Origin: Alkalispirochaeta sp.
GTDB lineage: Bacteria; Spirochaetota; Spirochaetia; DSM-27196; Alkalispirochaetaceae
Length of the DNA: 64,000 bases
Assembly: GCA_965601925.1 (NCBI GenBank)
Contig: OZ271854.1
Coordinates: forward strand, 2,464,001-2,528,000
Reading direction: 5' to 3'
Of the stretch, positions 58,631-64,000 are shown one piece after another; position 1 is the stretch's first letter; every line of letters starts with the position of its first letter. The notes below the pieces were generated by a model. That model did no database searches. It was given only the letters and a program-made list of their open reading frames with translations, and had not been told where the DNA came from. The position numbers and the translations under genes were made by a program.

Positions 58631-59662
58631 ATGAGTGAAAAGGTTCTCTCCGATCCGATTCTGCAGGTTCGCGATCTGCAGACCCATTTTAAGACCGACG
58701 ACGGCATCGTGAAGGCGGTCGACGGCGTATCGTTCGATCTCCACAAAGGCGAGACGCTTGGAATCGTCGGCGAATCGGGGTCCGGCAAGTCGGTCACCAA
58801 TCTCTCGGTGATGCGCCTTATTGCCTCTCCGCCCGGTAGAATCGTGGGCGGCGAGGTGATGTTCGACGGGGTCGACTTGCTGCACGTATCCGCCGCCGAG
58901 ATGCGTCGGATTCGCGGTAACAAGATATCCATGATCTTTCAAGATCCGATGACCTCTCTCAATCCGTTTCTCAAGGTATCTACGCAGTTAGTGGAGACGA
59001 TTCGCCTTCACCAAGGGTTGAGCGTGCGCGGGGCGAAGGCGCTGGCGGTTGAGATGCTCTCGATGGTAGGCATTCCGAAGCCGGAGCGGCGTATCGACAG
59101 CTATCCGCACCAGTTCTCCGGCGGTATGCGGCAGCGGGTCATGATTGCGATGGCCCTTTCGTGCAAGCCCGAAATCCTCATCGCCGATGAGCCTACGACC
59201 GCCCTCGATGTAACGATCCAGGCGCAGATCCTGGAGATTATCTCACGGCTCGCGGAGGAGCTCGGTACCGCAGTCATAATGATCACTCACGATCTCGGGG
59301 TCGTTGCCGGGATGTGCGATAACGTGGCGGTCATGTACGCCGGCAAGATCGTAGAAAAAGCGACGACGAAGGAGCTGTTCGCCTCGCCCAAACACCCGTA
59401 TACGCAAGGGTTGATACAATCGGTACCGCGGCTGGACCAGGTGCATCAAAACAGGCTCTTTTCCATAGACGGCCAACCGCCGAACCTCATCGATCTTCCC
59501 GATGCGTGTCCGTTTTATCCGCGGTGCGATCACGCGATGGAGATCTGCAAACGCAAGTATCCCGACGCGGAGGTTTTGAGCGAGACGCGGTCGGTCGGCT
59601 GCTGGCTTTACAAAGAACACGAACCTGAGGAGGCTCGCCTTGTCGAACAACAAGAGCAGTAA
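58631..59662 (+). CDS. oppD: Oligopeptide ABC ATP-binding protein
   Basis: [25 protein letters not shown]. Confidence 0.93.
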   Translation: MSEKVLSDPILQVRDLQTHFKTDDGIVKAVDGVSFDLHKGETLGIVGESGSGKSVTNLSVMRLIASPPGRIVGGEVMFDGVDLLHVSAAEMRRIRGNKISMIFQDPMTSLNPFLKVSTQLVETIRLHQGLSVRGAKALAVEMLSMVGIPKPERRIDSYPHQFSGGMRQRVMIAMALSCKPEILIADEPTTALDVTIQAQILEIISRLAEELGTAVIMITHDLGVVAGMCDNVAVMYAGKIVEKATTKELFASPKHPYTQGLIQSVPRLDQVHQNRLFSIDGQPPNLIDLPDACPFYPRCDHAMEICKRKYPDAEVLSETRSVGCWLYKEHEPEEARLVEQQEQ

Positions 59663-60725
59663 GCCCGCCGGCGACGTATTATTGAGCGTCCGCGATCTGA
59701 AGCTTCATTTTCCGGTAGAAAAGGGCGCCGTATTTAAGCGGGTGACGGGACACATTCGGGCGGTCGACGGGGTTAATTTCGACATCAAGCGTGGCGAGAC
59801 CCTCGGACTCGTCGGGGAGTCGGGGTGCGGTAAATCGACGACCGCTCGCGCGGTGGCGCAGTTGTACGACGTTACGTCGGGCGAGGTGATGCTCAACGGC
59901 GCCGACCTTACGAAGATGAGTGAGCGCGATCTGTTGCAGCATCGCAAGGATGTGCAGATGGTCTTTCAGGACCCGTACGCCTCGCTCAATCCCCGCATGA
60001 CCGTGCGCGATATCATCGCCGAGCCGATGCAGATTTTCATCAAGCGCGGTCTTATGCACATGAGTAAGTCTGAAATCGACGCACGCGTCGAAGAGCTGAT
60101 GGAGAAAGTCGGGCTGAATAAGCTCTTCAAAAATCGCTATCCCCACGAGTTCTCGGGCGGCCAGCGACAACGCATCGGCATCGCGCGCGCCCTGGCGCTC
60201 AACCCGCAGTTGATACTCGCCGATGAGCCGGTGAGCGCCTTGGACGTCTCCATTCAGTCACAGATTCTGAACCTGCTGCGCGACTTGCAGGAGGAGTTCC
60301 ACCTCACCTACCTGTTTATCGCTCACGACCTCGCCGTCATCAAGTATATCAGCGACCGGGTCGCCGTCATGTACTTGGGGGTAATCGTGGAGATCGCCGG
60401 TTCGGAGATGCTGTACGAGGAGCCGTTGCATCCCTACACTCAGGCGCTCCTCTCGGCGATCCCGATTCCCGACCCGGAGGTCGAGGGGCACCGGAACCGT
60501 ATCATCCTATCCGGGGACGTTCCCTCTCCCGATAAGGAGCGCCATGGGTGTTATTTCTACGATCGGTGTCCCAAACGAATGTCCAAGTGCAAGACCAGCG
60601 TTCCGGCGCTGAAAGAGGTTCGTCCCGGGCATCAGACGGCTTGTTTTCTCTATTTCGAGCCGACACCGGAGAACGTCGTACGGAGCGTATCCGGGGAGGT
60701 CGTCGTCGGCGACGGAGAACGGTAG
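59640..60725 (+). CDS. oppF: Oligopeptide ABC ATP-binding protein
   Basis: GESGCGKST, FSGGQRQR, ADEPVSALD. Confidence 0.93.
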   Translation: MSNNKSSKPAGDVLLSVRDLKLHFPVEKGAVFKRVTGHIRAVDGVNFDIKRGETLGLVGESGCGKSTTARAVAQLYDVTSGEVMLNGADLTKMSERDLLQHRKDVQMVFQDPYASLNPRMTVRDIIAEPMQIFIKRGLMHMSKSEIDARVEELMEKVGLNKLFKNRYPHEFSGGQRQRIGIARALALNPQLILADEPVSALDVSIQSQILNLLRDLQEEFHLTYLFIAHDLAVIKYISDRVAVMYLGVIVEIAGSEMLYEEPLHPYTQALLSAIPIPDPEVEGHRNRIILSGDVPSPDKERHGCYFYDRCPKRMSKCKTSVPALKEVRPGHQTACFLYFEPTPENVVRSVSGEVVVGDGER

Positions 60726-60753
60726 ATCACACGATCCGCGTCGGGGATCGAGG

Positions 60754-61314
60754 CTATATCGGCGTCTCGACGAGTGGGACACCGATCGTCTCCGCCAGTG
60801 TCCGCGGGAGGGCGAGGTCGTCTTGCCAACTGCGCACGCGCCGGATCTCGACGCGTACCCTACGGCCGTCGCGTGTCACGAGCGTATATCGAAGGAAGTG
60901 ACGGCGTAGCGCACGCGATACACGCCCGCCCGGGCTCATCGCCTCTTGAACGAAGGTGTCGTCGCTCGGCGGCGACTGCTCGCTTCCGGGAAGCGAGCCG
61001 GCACGGTAGTGCGTATACTCCACACATTCGATATCTTCAAAAGACCACCGCCGGCGCCGCGAGAGTGCGATAAGGCCGTGACGCGCGACAATCGTGCGTC
61101 GTGTCGGATCCAGTTCCCATTGCTCCTGATACAGCGCTCCCAGGATCAATACGGTCAGCGCTACCAACGGAATGACGGCGACCGACTCCCCGCCGCTCAT
61201 GCCCAAACCGAGCACGGCCGCCAGCAATCCGAATACGAGTCGAAAAACGATACCGAGTTCGAGAAATACACGACCGTCCGGCAGGGAACGTAGTCGAAGC
61301 GAGAGTTCGATCAT
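60754..61314 (-). CDS. Hypothetical membrane protein
   Basis: Two TMs followed by a PH-like beta region; co-oriented with the upstream gene. Confidence 0.6.
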   Translation of the reverse strand: MIELSLRLRSLPDGRVFLELGIVFRLVFGLLAAVLGLGMSGGESVAVIPLVALTVLILGALYQEQWELDPTRRTIVARHGLIALSRRRRWSFEDIECVEYTHYRAGSLPGSEQSPPSDDTFVQEAMSPGGRVSRALRRHFLRYTLVTRDGRRVRVEIRRVRSWQDDLALPRTLAETIGVPLVETPI

Positions 61315-61318
61315 CGGT

Positions 61319-62146
61319 TTAGCGAGGCACCACCACGATATTCGTCAGCGCATCGGTTTGTAGGTCTCGGGCGCGCTCCCGGTTAAACGAATCGAGCACG
61401 CGACGGCCGTTTATCATGAAGTAATAGTAGTGGCTTCCTTCCGATACGGGAAGACGGAGGGAGTAGAAGCCGTTCTCGTCCGGACCGGCAAGACGGTGCA
61501 TAAAAGGATCCCATCCGTTGAACGTGCCCACGACGTTAATTCTCGGATCGCGAATGCTCGTCACGCTCAGCTGTCGTCCGTCGATCGTCTCTATCGTCGG
61601 CGAGACGCGTATGTCGAACGAAAACATGAATGTGACCGTTCCGTCGTCGTGCACGATCGGCGACCGTTGCCTGTAGGGCGGCTGCTCACGCAGCGTAACA
61701 CGTCCGACCTCGACGCCGCGACCGTCGCGAATCATTTCGGGCGAATGCGGATCGACGAGCCACACCCCGTCGACGACCAGTCGATACTCCAGCTGTGACC
61801 ACTCGGTGTCGACGGGATACGCCAAATAGAACAGATCCCCGCGCCCCTCTCTTCGTCGTGCGGAGAAGACGTGCAGCTCACGGTACCCTTCGTGAGCAAA
61901 CGCCGCCGCCACATACCGCGCGTAGCGCGGTTGCTCAAAGGAGAATACGACCAGGTCGTCGAACACCCGCGGCGCCTGAGCCTCGGTTATACCCGCTACC
62001 TCCAGCCAACGATCCGCGCCGAAGGTGACGGTCTCGGGCGACCGACCCGCCTGCTGTGCGCCCACAAATGAGATGAACGGCGTGCTTGTGATGAGCAGGG
62101 TTGCGAGTAGCACCGGTTTCAGATTGCAGCATCGAATCGTGCCCAT
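61319..62146 (-). CDS. Secreted protein with CBM48/AMPK-beta-like glycogen-binding domains
   Basis: Signal peptide; YRLVVDGVWLVDP and VVGTFNGWDP...YYYFMING. Confidence 0.72.
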   Translation of the reverse strand: MGTIRCCNLKPVLLATLLITSTPFISFVGAQQAGRSPETVTFGADRWLEVAGITEAQAPRVFDDLVVFSFEQPRYARYVAAAFAHEGYRELHVFSARRREGRGDLFYLAYPVDTEWSQLEYRLVVDGVWLVDPHSPEMIRDGRGVEVGRVTLREQPPYRQRSPIVHDDGTVTFMFSFDIRVSPTIETIDGRQLSVTSIRDPRINVVGTFNGWDPFMHRLAGPDENGFYSLRLPVSEGSHYYYFMINGRRVLDSFNRERARDLQTDALTNIVVVPR

Positions 62147-62222
62147 GTGTTACAGTGTATCGGAAGGAACGACGAACGGCTTTATTTGTGTTCGCCGTTT
62201 ACCGACATAGAATCAGAGGACT

Positions 62223-64000
62223 ATGCCGTCAACAGAGATCGTAGAGAAGATCCATGAACAACTCATCCCCCTCGGCGACGAGCCTGCCGTCGCCGCCGAG
62301 CGCGGCGAAATAGTCGAACCGCCGCCGCGTCCCAGTCAGGACTTAGACGACGATCTCTCGGCGCTTTTGGCGGATACCGATGTCGAGAGCGAGGCGATCT
62401 CTCAACAGCAACAACGCGATAGCGAGGAGCCCGGCGAGGAAGACTCGACCGAGCTGCTTTCCCGTCTGGACTCACTCTTTGACGATGAGGAGGCGAGCGG
62501 GGAACCGACCGTGGAGGACGCCCTCTCCGGCCTTGACTTGGGGGATGAAGATTTTCCCGCACCGGCTGATTTTTCGTTCGACCCCGACGCCGTCCCCGAC
62601 GAGTTGCCCGGCGATTTTGACGAGTCGCTGACCGACGAGCCGATTTCCGCGCGTGCGCCCGATGAGATGAGCGCCCCCGACGATGTATCGGCGATCGGCG
62701 ACTCCGATGAACTCGACGAACCGCTCGGCGAAGAGGACCGCACGGAGGAGCCTACGATCGAGGCGCCGTCCGGTCCGCTTTCCGGCGACGCCGACGATGC
62801 GCTCGCGTCGCTCGAGGGGACCGACGACGATATTTTGGCCGCCTTCGGCGAGGATATCGATGCGGATCCGCTCGCCGATTTGGCCGCACTAAGCGATGAG
62901 GCCGACCGGAACGACGCGGGCGATAGTGCCGCGAGCGGCGTCGATTTCGATACGGGCGACCTCGATGGAACGGCCGACTCCGGCGATGATGACCTTTTCG
63001 GCCTTGAGGACGCAACGATCGAAGGAGCTGACGAGCCGGAGGACTTCGGTGACGTACTCGGCGGAGATATCGATGGGATTGACGAGTCCGTGGGCGGCGG
63101 AGTATCCGACTCGGACTTTGACGTCGGAGACCTCGACGCGGCCGGAGAGACGGGCGAGTTCGACGAGTCGTCGGACCACGGGATATCCGACCCGGACCTC
63201 GATATCGATGCGTTCGGCGAGCCGTCCGACGCGGACCGAGATCTCGGCGGCGACGACGGCTCCGCTGAGGACGACGCGTCGCTCGGCGCTTTGGACGGAC
63301 CGGACGAGTTCGGCGACTTCCCGGCGGACGATTTCGGCGGGCCCGACGAGGAGCTATCCGAGTTCGATATCGACTCACTCGGCGAGACCGAGGAAGCCGG
63401 CGACGTCGATCTCTCGGCAACGGACGACGCCGCGCTTGACGGGTTGGACGGACTTGAGGAGTTCGGCGATGTCTCGGGTGTCGATATCGGCGAGAGCGAT
63501 GAGTTGCCGGGCGAAGAGCTGTCCGACTCGGACTTCGATATCGGCGGGCTCGATGATTTTGCCGTTTCAGGCGACGATAGTGCCGGCGAGGACACCGACG
63601 ACACCGGCGAGGACCGCTCTTCCGACGATGATGCGGCGTTCGAAGACCTCGGCGAGGTAGACGACAATTCACTCAGCGACAGCTTCGGATCGGACTTCGG
63701 CAGCCAAATGGACGAGGACTTCGGCGATGTAGAGCTCGACGAAGACGCGTCGACCGGCGCGGCGTTCTCGGATGCGGACGACGTCGACTTTTCATCCGAC
63801 GACGATTCGCTCGACGATCTGGACGCCCTCGACGAAGATGGGTTTAGCCTCGGCGATTTCGGCGAAGAGTTCGACATCCGCGAGGACTCCATCGATGAGT
63901 TTGCGGGGCTCGATTTCGAGACCGAGGGGATCGAGGAGGAGGGCGAAGCCGAGGAGGAGGCGTTACACGGTCCCGCCGGAGAGATCGATCGCGAGCTCTC
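62223..64000 (+). CDS. flcA: Probable periplasmic flagellar collar protein FlcA, N-terminal acidic part (runs off window)
   Basis: MPSTEIVEKIHEQLIPLGDEPAVAAERGE... then several hundred D/E-rich residues; GAGGA RBS. Family assignment from recalled N-terminal similarity only. Confidence 0.6.
   Translation, partial: MPSTEIVEKIHEQLIPLGDEPAVAAERGEIVEPPPRPSQDLDDDLSALLADTDVESEAISQQQQRDSEEPGEEDSTELLSRLDSLFDDEEASGEPTVEDALSGLDLGDEDFPAPADFSFDPDAVPDELPGDFDESLTDEPISARAPDEMSAPDDVSAIGDSDELDEPLGEEDRTEEPTIEAPSGPLSGDADDALASLEGTDDDILAAFGEDIDADPLADLAALSDEADRNDAGDSAASGVDFDTGDLDGTADSGDDDLFGLEDATIEGADEPEDFGDVLGGDIDGIDESVGGGVSDSDFDVGDLDAAGETGEFDESSDHGISDPDLDIDAFGEPSDADRDLGGDDGSAEDDASLGALDGPDEFGDFPADDFGGPDEELSEFDIDSLGETEEAGDVDLSATDDAALDGLDGLEEFGDVSGVDIGESDELPGEELSDSDFDIGGLDDFAVSGDDSAGEDTDDTGEDRSSDDDAAFEDLGEVDDNSLSDSFGSDFGSQMDEDFGDVELDEDASTGAAFSDADDVDFSSDDDSLDDLDALDEDGFSLGDFGEEFDIREDSIDEFAGLDFETEGIEEEGEAEEEALHGPAGEIDREL

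Noticed and set aside
62402..63892. 496-aa Ser-rich minus-strand ORF
   Set aside because: Reverse complement of the GAC/GAG-rich acidic plus-strand gene starting at 62223.

Overview
GC-rich chromosomal window, most likely from a free-living Spirochaetia: it carries a FlcA-like flagellar collar gene, 'FAGGGQE' solute-binding proteins, LolA/RodZ/RimO and a stand-alone archaeal-type UMP kinase. Most of it is housekeeping and transport: an acyl-CoA ligase, two peptide/Opp-type ABC operons, an osmoprotectant ABC operon, uvrD, rplM-rpsI, recX, eno and proS. The stand-out is a ~17.4 kb signalling locus (12071-29486) ending next to tRNA-Leu(CAA). Two back-to-back sigma54 (-24/-12) promoters sit almost exactly equidistant (~148 bp) from a central pair of TGTT-CA-N4-TG-AACA palindromes. 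Leftward they point into a REC-(degenerate GGDEF)-EAL phosphodiesterase, a receiver and a His-only pseudo-kinase. Rightward they point into a complete chemosensory operon whose CheA has two Hpt domains and a tandem MshEN-type c-di-GMP-binding motif where P2 normally lies, followed by a His-less REC-HATPase, a CheY and an NtrC-type activator. This suggests a self-activating, c-di-GMP-coupled chemosensory circuit (inference). Other observations: a tRNA-3'-end-duplicating structured mini-element, an orphan m6A methyltransferase, a divergent ProRS coupled to a UPF0158-GNAT fusion, and repeated leaderless-type promoters. All calls come from reading motifs by eye; no database searches were run.
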